From Octopus bimaculoides (Eukaryota), in contig NC_068982.1 of NCBI RefSeq assembly GCF_001194135.2, positions 127,178,523 through 127,242,522 on the forward strand: 64,000 bases of DNA, in the 5' to 3' direction. The notes under the pieces are model-generated. The model did not search any database, was not told where the DNA came from, and saw only the letters and a list, made by a program, of their open reading frames with translations. Both the position numbers and the translations under genes were made by a program. Shown here piece after piece: positions 12,860 to 24,186 of the stretch (positions within the stretch are counted from its first letter, which is position 1; every line of letters starts with the position of its first letter).

Positions 12860-13263
12860 CAGATCTGTGATAATATGAGTCGGCGATCATTCGACGATTC
12901 TGCTTATACCGCAAAAACACGCTCCAGCGACTATCAACAGTTCAGTTCTCAAGAAGTGCCGTGAGATTGCGTGTTTTTGTACGGATTCAGGTACTCGTAC
13001 CTATCAATAAGGCATTTGAAAATCAACTAATACATGTAGCCTCATTTATTGTTGATTCATCCATCCTGGATAACACGGTACACTCAGTTGTGAACCATGT
13101 TTCGCTTATCTCAGATCTGTGATAATATGAGTCGGCGATCATTCGACGATTCTGCTTATACCGCAAAAACACGCTCCAGCGACTATCAACAGTTCAGTTC
13201 TCAAGAAGTGCCGTGAGATTGCGTGTTTTTGTACGGATTCAGGTACTCGTACCTATCAATAAG
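12860..13263. repeat. Perfect 152-bp direct repeat separated by a 100-bp spacer
   Basis: 12860-13011 and 13112-13263 read as identical, from CAGATCTGTGATAATATGAG to CCTATCAATAAG. Confidence 0.9.
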
Positions 13264-14829
13264 TGAATTGAAAACGTATGGAGGCATCTGGTTCAAACAA
13301 ACGATGAACACACGTGTATTTATTCTCTACATGAAAATACGTAACAGAGGAAGCTGTCATTGAATCTACCATTTTAAAGTCAGTAGATTCGAACCCCATG
13401 TTTTTCTCTAAAAGAAATGCCATCTTCCACGTGGCAGTGGAAGATATGATTGGATCTACCATTTGTTCCATTTACAAAGTGCGTGGAAATGATTCATTTA
13501 TCACTGTTTGTTTTTAAAACAACCTTCATCCCGTGATAAATGAGGATAGATATATGTAGGGGAGGACTACAGCTTTGGAACCTCACTCTAGACTTATCTG
13601 TCTAGCGCGTTTCTGTTGCTTTTCAACTGAATTAATAGTGATTAGACTTGCTCTGAGTAAAGTTAATTTAATCTGATAAATTTTATAATATTAGATCTTA
13701 ATTATTTAAACTTATTTTCTAATTTCATTATTTTATATCACAATGTGTAACATCATATTACGTGAAGACTTCAGTTTCGTGCCGTATACTTAGGACATGT
13801 AGGCTTCTTCGGAAGGAACCATTCCTTTCCAAGCTCTGACTGCATTTATAGTTGCACTCATCTCTCCAAACTAGCAAAGCATTCTTACAGTTTTGCAACT
13901 ATTGTTGTCTTTGTTTTAGTTGTTGCCGCTGTTGATGGTGATGACGAGATTGTTGGTCACAGATCTGCCATGATCAAACAGACACATGTTCAACCGTGAC
14001 CACCCCATCATTTTAAAGTACATAGGGTGGCATTGTCTAATGTGTCATTTCTGTTTTTTTTATGTAATACGGTAGAGTTTACTCGAGGGATGTTTGGTTG
14101 CTATTTTTAGCGGGCCTAGTTTTCATCAAACCTTTCTCTAAAGTCCTATAGCTACTAACAATGACGTGTTGTTCATATTCCGTGGCGCCCATTTCTATTA
14201 AGGAGAGTTGAGTCATTTAATAGTTACATGAGATGTTCACAGTAATACTAAACAGGATAGGAAAAAAATTTACATTTATCTTTTTCTCTATAACTGATTT
14301 ACTTTTCGTCTAACATTTGTATTGAGTGCTAGAAACAAATGAAAAATAAGATATTGAATGCCAAACATTAAAAATTATCAGAGTAATTTTCTTTATGCGT
14401 AGGTAGATATATGTGTATTGTAATTGTGTGTGTGAAGTTCAGTTACAATAATAATTAATGAATTTAGTCCACACCCGTGAAATTTGAGCTCCAATTTTGA
14501 AGTGAACAATAACTGATCCTCTTACCTACTTTCTGTATTAAGTAGCGATATATTTTTTAATTAAACACAAGGTCATTTCCTAAGTGGGAAAAAATTTAAA
14601 GCCGACAGATTCGAGCTCCATGTTTTTCTCTGAAGGAAATACCATATTCCGTAACAAGTTGTCTGCTCAGAAAACCAAGGTTCCGATCATTAACGTTCTT
14701 TTAAACGATCTCACTGTTCATGATGTTACGAATACAGTAGGACCTTTAATCTAGCATTTACAAAAACCACGTATTTTGCGTGACAGGTATAATCAATTTA
14801 ATCGGTCGCAATACTTCAATTGAAGTTAA

Positions 14830-15055
14830 TAGAACTGGCAGAATCGTTAGCACACTGGACAAAATGCTAAGCCGTATTTCGTACGTCTTAACGTTCAGAG
14901 CTGAAACTCCTCCGAGGTTGACTTTGTCTTTCATTCATTCGGAGTCGGCAAAATAAGTACGAGTTGAGCACTAGGGTCGATGTAAACGGCTTACGCCCCC
15001 CCCCCTCCCACCGAAATTGCTGACCTTGTGCCAAAAATTGTAACCAATATTTTTT
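14830..15055 (+). mobile_element. SINE family B (Meta-core-like)
   Basis: AACTGGCAGAATCGTTAGCAC head, GTTGACTTTGTCTTTCATTC core, TGACCTTGTGCCAAAA tail. Confidence 0.8.
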
Positions 15056-17735
15056 AATAGGAATGATTTTACCGACCCGCACTCCACGAGGAATGAAAAT
15101 GAAAGGCAGCCCCAGAAGAGTTAAGTTTCAGAACGTAGAGGCGCATAACTAAATGCTGCAAGGCATTTCGACCGGTGCTCTACTGATTCTGCCAAGTAGT
15201 AAGAAAGCGATAATTTTTGACATAGGCACAAGGCCGTAAGTTTGGATAAGCGGGAAAGAGTTGATTAAATATTCAGTAATATATCACTAGTAGCTATTTT
15301 ATCGAACCCAGAAGGGTGAAAAACAATATTCAATACGAAAGTATTTGAAATCAAACGTAGAGATAATTTGCTCTACACTCTATAAATGCTACAATTTATT
15401 GACTTAGTTGTATTACAATAAGCATATCTGCATACGTTACTATGTACTGTTAAAACACATCACATTTCAACTAGTCTAAATTGGTGGTAGAATCTTCAAA
15501 ATTCTAATTTCAATGTGTCAATAAAAATGTTGCTTTTATTGTCAGTTTCAGGTTCTACTTTTGCTGAAAATTCGCACTTCAGTGTCTACAATTCAGGGTG
15601 ATCACTTCCTGTTCTACTTTCTCTCTCAATCTTTAAATTTTACCAGTCAGTCTCATTTTTACTTTTATGACAATATTGTTTTAAAGAAATTAAATGCAAG
15701 ACAAATTTCTTTATTTGTATGATTGTATCAGTGTTTTGTTTTTAAATTTTGACCATACACTACTTTGTGCATATAACATCTGAATTATCTGGACCAAATC
15801 AGCTTACCTTGCATAAGATTTTAACCGAGTGCAGAAGTTCTTTCCGTCATTATATCCTGGTCTAAATCATAATACGAGGATCTGTTGAGAGTTCTGTTGA
15901 AGAGAAGACTTATCGTCAACCTATTTTGTTTCATCCAACGTTCTAGCTATTCTGTGTAGCCACCAGCCTTGTTGTTGTTGTTGTTGTTGTTGTTATCCTC
16001 ATCGTACAGACCTACGGGAAAAAGCGTTCCCGCTATAAATAGTTTTGTATATCCGGAACTATATTGTCGATTGTTCATTTCTTTAATTTTGTAAGACAGT
16101 AATGTGGGAATGGAAAACAATGAAGTTGTTATTTCGAACGAATTCAGAGACCACGCAAAAATTCCCTCGTTGAATTGAGAGAAGGTCAGAAAAGAAATCA
16201 CCCCAAATAATTTGACTGAGACTTGGATCCATCCTGCGTTTTGTCTTAGACATTTGAAATAATTGTCAAGCTACCGTCCTTCGCCAAAGCTTGGGCTTGA
16301 CTGTAATTCAGTTGATATGAACTGTAGATTGAATGTTTTTCAGAAGAGGACAACATCTATCATCGTCCTGGAACCCTCGCAATGTCTGTTAATCCTAGGC
16401 TATGGCATCCTGAGACGCCCACGAGTGGTTGTTGAACAAAAATATCTTTTTTGACCAAAGCAATTAGTCTATTGCACAAAAGGAAAAACAGATTAGTAAT
16501 TCGGTGGAAAGTAATATAATACACTGGGTTTGATAAAAGGAAGAGCAAAAAAGAAAAAAAAAACATTGAAGTGATAAAAATACACCTAATCCCCAAATGA
16601 TCTTTTATAGTCAAATTGCTCTCATCTTGTTCTGAGTGAAGTTGGTTATTCTAGTGGTAATCTAATTAAAGTTTCTATCCATCTGAACATTCAGTTTGGT
16701 CTGGATGTCTAGATCAAACTATACTCCAAGCAAGATAATAGATCCTCTGACAAACACTGGCTAACACATGACATACACCGGCTTAGTCAAGTTAATTAAT
16801 GCATCTGTTACTAACTCAAATTTCTCCAAACTGGTGCATTTCCGACGCCATAATTATTGTGTATTTTACCTCTACAGACAATGCTTCCTTGCGTACCAAT
16901 ACAATTTGGAAATCTTTTAGTTTATCCATCTTCCGCAGCAAAAGAGAATTTTTTTTTAAGGGTGAGGAGAAGACACAACAGTGACGCAGAAGCTTTCAGA
17001 CATCCCTGATTGATCGTGAAGCATAACATACATTTGACAGGTTCTCATTTCTCCTGACCTCCGATAGGAATCTGCAAAATAATGCTATGATTCAACCTCC
17101 AAAGAGAGGCACACAACCAGTCACGCTTAGGACAGCTACCAGGCACTTATGGTTACCTCTATAAAATAAATTCAGCTGATATAAGTTGATAGAGTTTTAG
17201 CGAAGATATCTCTACTGCCCACTCTCTATGATGTGTTGTATCGCATAATATTGTCCAGCATAGATCCTCTCAGAAGAGAATATGTCCTAAACTCGTTGCT
17301 AGCACTCAACCAAATTTTTTACTCTGCATTAAAATGAATCATTATATCTCCGTCTCGTGTTTTTCCTCTGTAGTGCAACTTCCTTCCTACTCATGTAGCT
17401 TGAAATGCTTCAAGTCTGTTTCACTTGCGGTGCATATTGATCTAAACTGAAGCAAAATAAATTTTGGAGTATTCTATAGACATCAAGTAATGATCGCTTT
17501 CTTCTTGATGTCTATTCTATAGACATTAGGTAATGGTCGCCTTTCATAACTCGGTTATGAGTATTAAAGTTTTTGGCAAAGCTACATTTCTGCAGAGAAA
17601 AGATCGATTTGTAGATAGTTTAAATAAGTTTTAAAATACAATATCACGGGTGAATTCATCGACAAATAGTGATGAAACATTCAAAACAACTTTTTGGAAT
17701 CGAACACTAAATATGCCATTCCCGTTTAGTCCAAC

Positions 17736-17765
17736 AAACAATTGCAACTGATCATTAAAGATGTG

Positions 17766-17840
<75 letters not shown>

Positions 17841-17899
17841 CACACGTGTGTGCATGCGTGTGTGTGTAACACAACTTTAATGATCAGTTGCAATTGTTT
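17736..17899. repeat. (CA)n microsatellite flanked by a perfect 25-bp inverted repeat
   Basis: AAACAATTGCAACTGATCATTAAAG (17736-17760) is the exact reverse complement of 17875-17899. Confidence 0.9.
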
Positions 17900-18296
17900 C
17901 TGTACCAAATTGTTTCTGTACCAATTGTTTCTGCTTTCAATGATAGCTCATGCAAAAGTTCCAAGTGGACATTTTAATAAGAGCTGCAGTTTTACACGTT
18001 TGAGTGGCACTTTCTCAGAACTGCATCAAAGGCGCACTCTTACATTGTGTGCCTGCCAGACTTTGTGTTTTGCTTTTATTAAAGAGGAATATATATTTCC
18101 TTTAAATTTTCGATGTTTTATTCAAATCGTTATCTCCGGAATATACCATAATGATTGACAAGAGTGAAAGGATTGCCATGCTAAACATGCAGACAGATAT
18201 CTGTAGGTGAAGAGAAGGATGAATAGACATGCAAAAACATAAAAAGTTAAATAGAATAGATATAGTCCCATGCAGTTATACGGTGTGGCAAACATG

Positions 18297-18886
18297 CACG
18301 TCGGTATTTCGCTAAGGCTTAACCTCCACATTTGTGAGCCCCACCAATGACGCTGCGGCTTCACAGTGGACTCTTTCGGTCTCTATCCATTGTCGTGCCA
18401 TTATAATGCCGGCTGCCTTTCACACCATTCTGCTTTCAACGAGAGCATAAAGCATGGCTTAGACGCCACAAGTTTCTCTTTCCAGCTCGAACTTACAGGG
18501 TTCGACACGTGGGGGAATATGGTAAAAGGCCAGACGGCATAACAATTTTCCTGTTCCGCGGTGACAGCCTCTCATTTGGGATGACACATGATGCGACACC
18601 TCCAGTGGCAACCTGGTGTATTCGGCTGCTAGACAAGGGGGTCGCTGCACGTCAAGGCGAGAAGGGCAACATGTCGAAGTCTCGGCTGCTCTCTGCAAGA
18701 TTTCTGATCGAGGTTGTGACAATCGAGACCTCCGGACAACCCTGCTCATTTCTATCGGGGTCCGAGATGGCTATCCGCAAGTGCGATCCCGTGAGTCATG
18801 CCAGCTATTCCAGTACATCTCCCTCGCCACCCGCCGGAGCCATTTCATCCTCCAGGACCATGAAGCAGAATGACAAGTTTTATTAG
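18297..18886 (+). mobile_element. Non-LTR retrotransposon 3' fragment with zinc knuckle and restriction-like endonuclease (CRE-clade-like), decayed
   Basis: Across stops and frameshifts: ISLRLNLHICEPHQ*RCGFTVDSFGLYPLSCHYNAGCLSHHSAFNESIKHGL..GEYGKRPDGITIF..KMSK..VVTIETSG..RESCQLFQYISLATRR. This is the CCHC-like knuckle followed by the KRPD...E PD-(D/E)xK motif typical of CRE-type elements. Confidence 0.82.
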
Positions 18887-18977
18887 TTATAGCTAAAGTT
18901 TCTCATTGATGAAATGTAATCTTTCTCTACTCCTGATTAGTAGACATTGTCTTTTTCATTTTAACAATTGACGCGCA

Positions 18978-19253
18978 TTGTTGGCACTCCGTCGCTTACG
19001 ACGTCGAGGGTTCCTGTTGATCCGATCAACGGAACAGCCTGCTCGTGAAATTAACATGCAAGTGGCTGAGCACTCCATAGACACGTGTACCCTTAACGTA
19101 GTTCTCGGGGATATTCAGCGTGGCACAGTGTGACAAGGCTGTTCCTTTGAAATACAGGTACAAGAGAAACAGGAAGTAAGAGTGAGAGAAAGTTGTGGTG
19201 AAAGAGTACAGCAGGGTTCGCCACCATCCCCTGCCGGAGCCTCGTGGAACTTC
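18978..19253 (-). mobile_element. SINE family A, 3' two-thirds (5' end lost in an assembly gap)
   Basis: Reverse complement of the 4716-5105 element up to the N gap at 19254. Confidence 0.9.
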
Positions 19254-19763
19254 NNNNNNNNNNNNNNNNNNNNNNNNNNNNNNNNNNNNNNNNNNNNNNN
19301 NNNNNNNNNNNNNNNNNNNNNNNNNNNNNNNNNNNNNNNNNNNNNNNNNNNNNNNNNNNNNNNNNNNNNNNNNNNNNNNNNNNNNNNNNNNNNNNNNNNN
19401 NNNNNNNNNNNNNNNNNNNNNNNNNNNNNNNNNNNNNNNNNNNNNNNNNNNNNNNNNNNNNNNNNNNNNNNNNNNNNNNNNNNNNNNNNNNNNNNNNNNN
19501 NNNNNNNNNNNNNNNNNNNNNNNNNNNNNNNNNNNNNNNNNNNNNNNNNNNNNNNNNNNNNNNNNNNNNNNNNNNNNNNNNNNNNNNNNNNNNNNNNNNN
19601 NNNNNNNNNNNNNNNNNNNNNNNNNNNNNNNNNNNNNNNNNNNNNNNNNNNNNNNNNNNNNNNNNNNNNNNNNNNNNNNNNNNNNNNNNNNNNNNNNNNN
19701 TCTCTCTCTCTCTTTCTCTCTCTCTATATATATACAGGTACACACAAATATATGTATATACAA

Positions 19764-19824
<61 letters not shown>

Positions 19825-20002
19825 CATACACACACATATGTATGAATGTATATATTTATTTATATATGTATTTATATATAAAAGAATATAAGCATAACAA
19901 TCACGTTAATGGTTTTATCAAGTAGTCTGCATGCTATAAAAATTTGTAGGCAATTAATACATTAAATTAATAATAATGTACATATGTATATAATTATATT
20001 AA

Positions 20003-20517
20003 GGGAGATCGGGCGAAAACGACCTTTCTCCGGCATGCTTGAAGTGCCGATATCTTCAAAAACAACCAAAAACTCCAGCGAAAATATACACATGGCCGAA
20101 AACGGGCTAGTGAGACAAAATTAGAAAGACCTCACGTTAATCGTGAATTGGTTCCAATTTCTGGACTAAAGCAAAAAATAGTTTTTTTTCCTTCGTCAAC
20201 ACAATACACGGGGAAGGGAAATATAAGTCCAAATAACTGTACATACCGTGCAAAGCAAGTTCATACGTTTACATAGAAATATTTGCACGTATAAGATCCA
20301 AATAAAGTCAATTTATAAATTCCCTCACGACAAAGAAGCTATATTTTGCTTTAATCCAGAAATTGGAACCAATTCACAATTAACGTGAGGTCTTTTTAAT
20401 TTTCTCTCACTAGCCCGCTTTCAGCCATGTGTATATTTTAGCTGGAGTTTTTGGTAGTTTTTGAAGATATCGGCACTTCAAGCATGCTGGAGAAAGGTCG
20501 TTTTCACCCGATCTCCC
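20003..20517. mobile_element. MITE with ~178-bp TIRs and TTAA-type target (Sola3/Kolobok-like)
   Basis: GGGAGATCGGGCGAAAACGACC... (20003-~20181) pairs with ...GGTCGTTTTCACCCGATCTCCC (~20338-20517). Flanks are TTAA (19999-20002) and TTCA (20518-20521). Confidence 0.85.
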
Positions 20518-20795
20518 TTCATATAATTATATTTATATATATATAAAGTAGTTGTATACTGCCAACTTAACGTGACAGTCCCAATAAAGGAATATACTAC
20601 TGCTATTTAGCTCTAGGAAGCTGGACCGCTTCCTGTCGGCCTTGATACATTTTCTGTGTCCTTATGTTTGCGAGGGGGAGACAAACTCCTCCACCCAGCC
20701 TGCATTCAGGGACATGTTTCTGAGTTTTTGCTCGTCATCAGCCTGAAGTAGCATGACTAGCTGGCTGAAGAAGTCTGCGAATATATATATATATA

Positions 20796-20845
<50 letters not shown>

Positions 20846-20967
20846 NNNNNNNNNNNNNNNNNNNNNNNNNNNNNNNNNNNNNNNNNNNNAGATAGATAGA
20901 TAGATAGATAGATATAGATATAGCCATACACACATATGCATACATGTGTGCATATAAATATATATAT

Positions 20968-21127
20968 TCTATTATTCTTTTTTACTTGTTTCAGTCATTT
21001 GACTGAAGCCATGCTGGAGCACCGCCTTTAGTCGAGTAAATCGACGCCTAGTACTTATTCTATCTGACTCTTTTGCCGAACCGCTAAGTTACGGGAACGT
21101 AAACACACCAGCATCGGTTGTCAAGCG
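20968..21127 (-). mobile_element. SINE family C (CORE-like), 3' part, interrupted
   Basis: TACTTGTTTCAGTCATTTGACTG..GCCATGCTGGAGCACCGCC..GCATCGGTTGTCAAGCG, as in 50903-51322, stops abruptly at 21127. Confidence 0.85.
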
Positions 21128-21478
21128 TTTTCCATGCTAGCATGGGTTGGACGGTTCGACTGGGGTCTGGGAAGCCAGGAGGCTGCACCAAGCCCCAATC
21201 TGATCTGGCAGTGGTTCTATAGCTAGATGCCCTTCCTAACGCCAACCACTCCGAGAGAAGTGCTTTTTACGTGCCACCGGCACAGGGGCCAGAGGAGCTG
21301 GCATCGACCACGATTGGATGGTGTTTTTACGTACCACCGGCAAGGAAGCTAATCAAAGCGGCACTGGCATCGGTCACGTTCGGATGGTGCTTTTTACGTG
21401 CTACCGGCACGGGGGTCACCACTACAATTTCCATTTAATTTGATTTTGATATTGTTGCTGATATTGATGTACTTGACT
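21128..21478. mobile_element. Interspersed repeat (possibly RTE-LINE related) containing ~70-bp tandem subunits
   Basis: Contains GATGCCCTTCCTAACGCCAACC and three degenerate copies of (GG)TGCTTTTTACGTGCCACCGGCA. The family assignment is recall only. Confidence 0.55.
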
Positions 21479-22261
21479 CATATATATATATATATATATA
21501 TATAAGAATAAGGGCAGAGAATCGTCAATTAATAATAGAATTAATAATTAACAATTCTGCCAAGTAGTTCAGTATGAAAAAAACCTTTATCGGTAAAACT
21601 ATTTATCATTATAAATATACAGGGATTAGCAATTGAGTTGCTTCTCCAACATACTGAAAATTTAGAAATAGCAGTCAAAGAACTACTGATTCCAAACTAC
21701 NNNNNNNNNNNNNNNNNNNNNNNNNNNNNNNNNNNNNNNNNNNNNNNNNNNNNNNNNNNNNNNNNNNNNNNNNNNNNNNNNNNNNNNNNNNNNNNNNNNN
21801 NNNNNNNNNNNNNNNNNNNNNNNNNNNNNNNNNNNNNNNNNNNNNNNNNNNNNNNNNNNNNNNNNNNNNNNNNNNNNNNNNNNNNNNNNNNNNNNNNNNN
21901 NNNNNNNNNNNNNNNNNNNNNNNNNNNNNNNNNNNNNNNNNNNNNNNNNNNNNNNNNNNNNNNNNNNNNNNNNNNNNNNNNNNNNNNNNNNNNNNNNNNN
22001 NNNNNNNNNNNNNNNNNNNNNNNNNNNNNNNNNNNNNNNNNNNNNNNNNNNNNNNNNNNNNNNNNNNNNNNNNNNNNNNNNNNNNNNNNNNNNNNNNNNN
22101 NNNNNNNNNNNNNNNNNNNNNNNNNNNNNNNNNNNNNNNNNNNNNNNNNNNNNNNNNNNNNNNNNNNNNNNNNNNNNNNNNNNNNNNNNNNNNNNNNNNN
22201 NNNNNNNNNNNNNNNNNNNNNNNNNNNNNNNNNNNNNNTATGAAGAATCTTTTGTCGAAAA

Positions 22262-22586
22262 AATCGACACTAGGGCTTTTTTTTTGTAAAGCCCAGTACT
22301 TATTCTATCGATTTCTTTCGCCGGACCGCTAGTTATGTTGACGTAAACATGTCAAGTGGTGGAAGTGGACACACACAAACACAGACAGACACAGACGCGC
22401 GCGCACACACACACATATACACGACGGGCTTCTTTCAGTTTCCATCTATCAAATCCACTTACAAGGCTTTGGTCAGCCCATGGCGACAGTAGAAGACACT
22501 TGCCTAAGGTGCCACCGCAGTGAGATTGAACCCGGAACCATTTGGTTGAGAAGCAAGCTTCATACCACAAAGTCACGCCTGCACCT
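22262..22586 (-). mobile_element. SINE family C (CORE-like)
   Basis: Homologous to 50903-51322, including ACGACGGGCTTCTTTCAGTTTCC, AAGACACTTGCCTAAGGTGCC and the internal CA microsatellite. Confidence 0.85.
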
Positions 22587-23083
22587 ATTGCTTACCAAAT
22601 TTTATTCCAAAGGCTTAAATCGACTCTACACAATAGCAAAAGATCCATCGCACCGCCCAATGGAATCGCATCCACAACTGTGTAGTGGCGAATGCACTTA
22701 ACCTTCTCACCTAAAGTTTGAACTTAGAGACTTTACTAACATAGCACAAAACTCTTTCTCCGACGCTCTACCGACTGAATTCGGCATTCACTTCCCTTAG
22801 TCGTAAATAATTGCGTTAAATACTGTAAAATGTTTTGCGATATCAGGTGAAGAAAAAATAAGAATGACAGCGGGAAAGAGAGAAAGAAACAGGGAAAACA
22901 TGAAAGTTAGGCTTACGTAACACGAGAATTCACATTTGTTGTCTGTGATGTGTTTCGATCTTTAATTCTTTTATTCTGTTTTCCTTCAAACCATTTTTTG
23001 TAGGGAGTGATAGTGGTAGTGGTGGTGGTGGGTCTATAGGATATAACTATTCGTCCTTTTTAGAACGTCAGGTGGGGGAAGAA

Positions 23084-23114
<31 letters not shown>

Positions 23115-23356
23115 CAAAGAGCCAAGATAAATAGCGACGAAGACATACAAAGGAAAACAGTGAGACTGAAAGAGGAAAAAAAAGTGTGATGAATGAGTGA
23201 GTGAGTGAGTGAGAGGAAGAAAGAAAGAGAGAAGATGGGGAAAAAGGCGGGAAGAAGAAATATCAATCCACCAATTAAATTTGTGGGCGTGGCTTTTGTT
23301 TCCCAGTGCAATGTTTTTAAGAGCTTATCGCATGCCTACAACATAATAAGCTAGAC

Positions 23357-23397
<41 letters not shown>

Positions 23398-23646
23398 TAC
23401 ACACACACACATACACATACATACAAAAATCAACACATACGCACGCAGAGTTAAAGTAACTGAGATGCGTAGGAAAACGAGTCAAGCCGAAGTAAAAGCA
23501 TGGTCAGAAAAATAATCGGCAAGTAACGTATAGGATATTGTTATAATAGTAGTAGCTTGTAAAACAAAAGGCATTAAAACAAAAAGCAAATCCGGGAAGA
23601 AGTGCAGGACAGACGAAGAAAAGGAGAGAGAAGTAAATGAATGCGC

Positions 23647-23656
23647 GTCACGTGAC
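23647..23656. promoter_or_regulatory. Palindromic extended E-box GTCACGTGAC upstream of nvd (candidate promoter element)
   Basis: Perfect 10-bp palindrome ~530 bp 5' of the ATG, in a CpG-containing non-repeat patch. An Inr-like GCAGTT lies at 23674-23679. Function untested. Confidence 0.35.
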
Positions 23657-24186
23657 CCTAACTAGTAAAGCTCGCAGTTGTCTCAGGTACTGAGCTTCGT
23701 CATCAAAGCTAGATGTGTCACTAACGTAATAACTACGATGAGTTTCCGACTAACACTTATATACACACCTTAACTCGATGTAGATCGCCTTTTGTTTGTT
23801 GTCTCTTCAATTCATTAACATTCTCTGACCAGCTTCTACTCGTTCTTTTTGTATGTATATTTATATATATATATAAAAGTAACACGAATACAAAATTATA
23901 AATTGATGTTTCGTTGTACATCATTTCAAAAAGTGTAGTTCTTTTTGTTTTCGTAATTTTTTTTTTGTTAATTATCTTTTCTAAACCGCTTTGCTGAAGT
24001 TGCTTATTTTCATCCTTAATGGTTTAAAGTTTAAGAAAAAGAAAGAAAAAAAATGAACCGAAGAAAAAAGTGAAGGAAAAGAGGAAAACAAACGATAACG
24101 CGAAGTTTTTTTTTATATATATATATAAATATATATTGTATATAATTATTATACTTTTAGAAAATTTGCAAAAGAGAAATAACGAT

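Noticed and set aside
12860-13263. Repeat-spacer-repeat pattern, and the 47981-48902 array, as CRISPR
   Set aside because: Eukaryotic context, units far too long (152 and ~230 bp), and no cas genes.
15780-17270. Region with several short ORFs, possibly a decayed LINE
   Set aside because: No RT, endonuclease or other motif could be recognised in any frame examined.
24070-24186. N-terminal Lys-rich extension of the 229-aa ORF (GTG start)
   Set aside because: It comes from A-rich low-complexity sequence and a GTG start is unlikely. The protein more plausibly starts at ATG 24187 or 24193.
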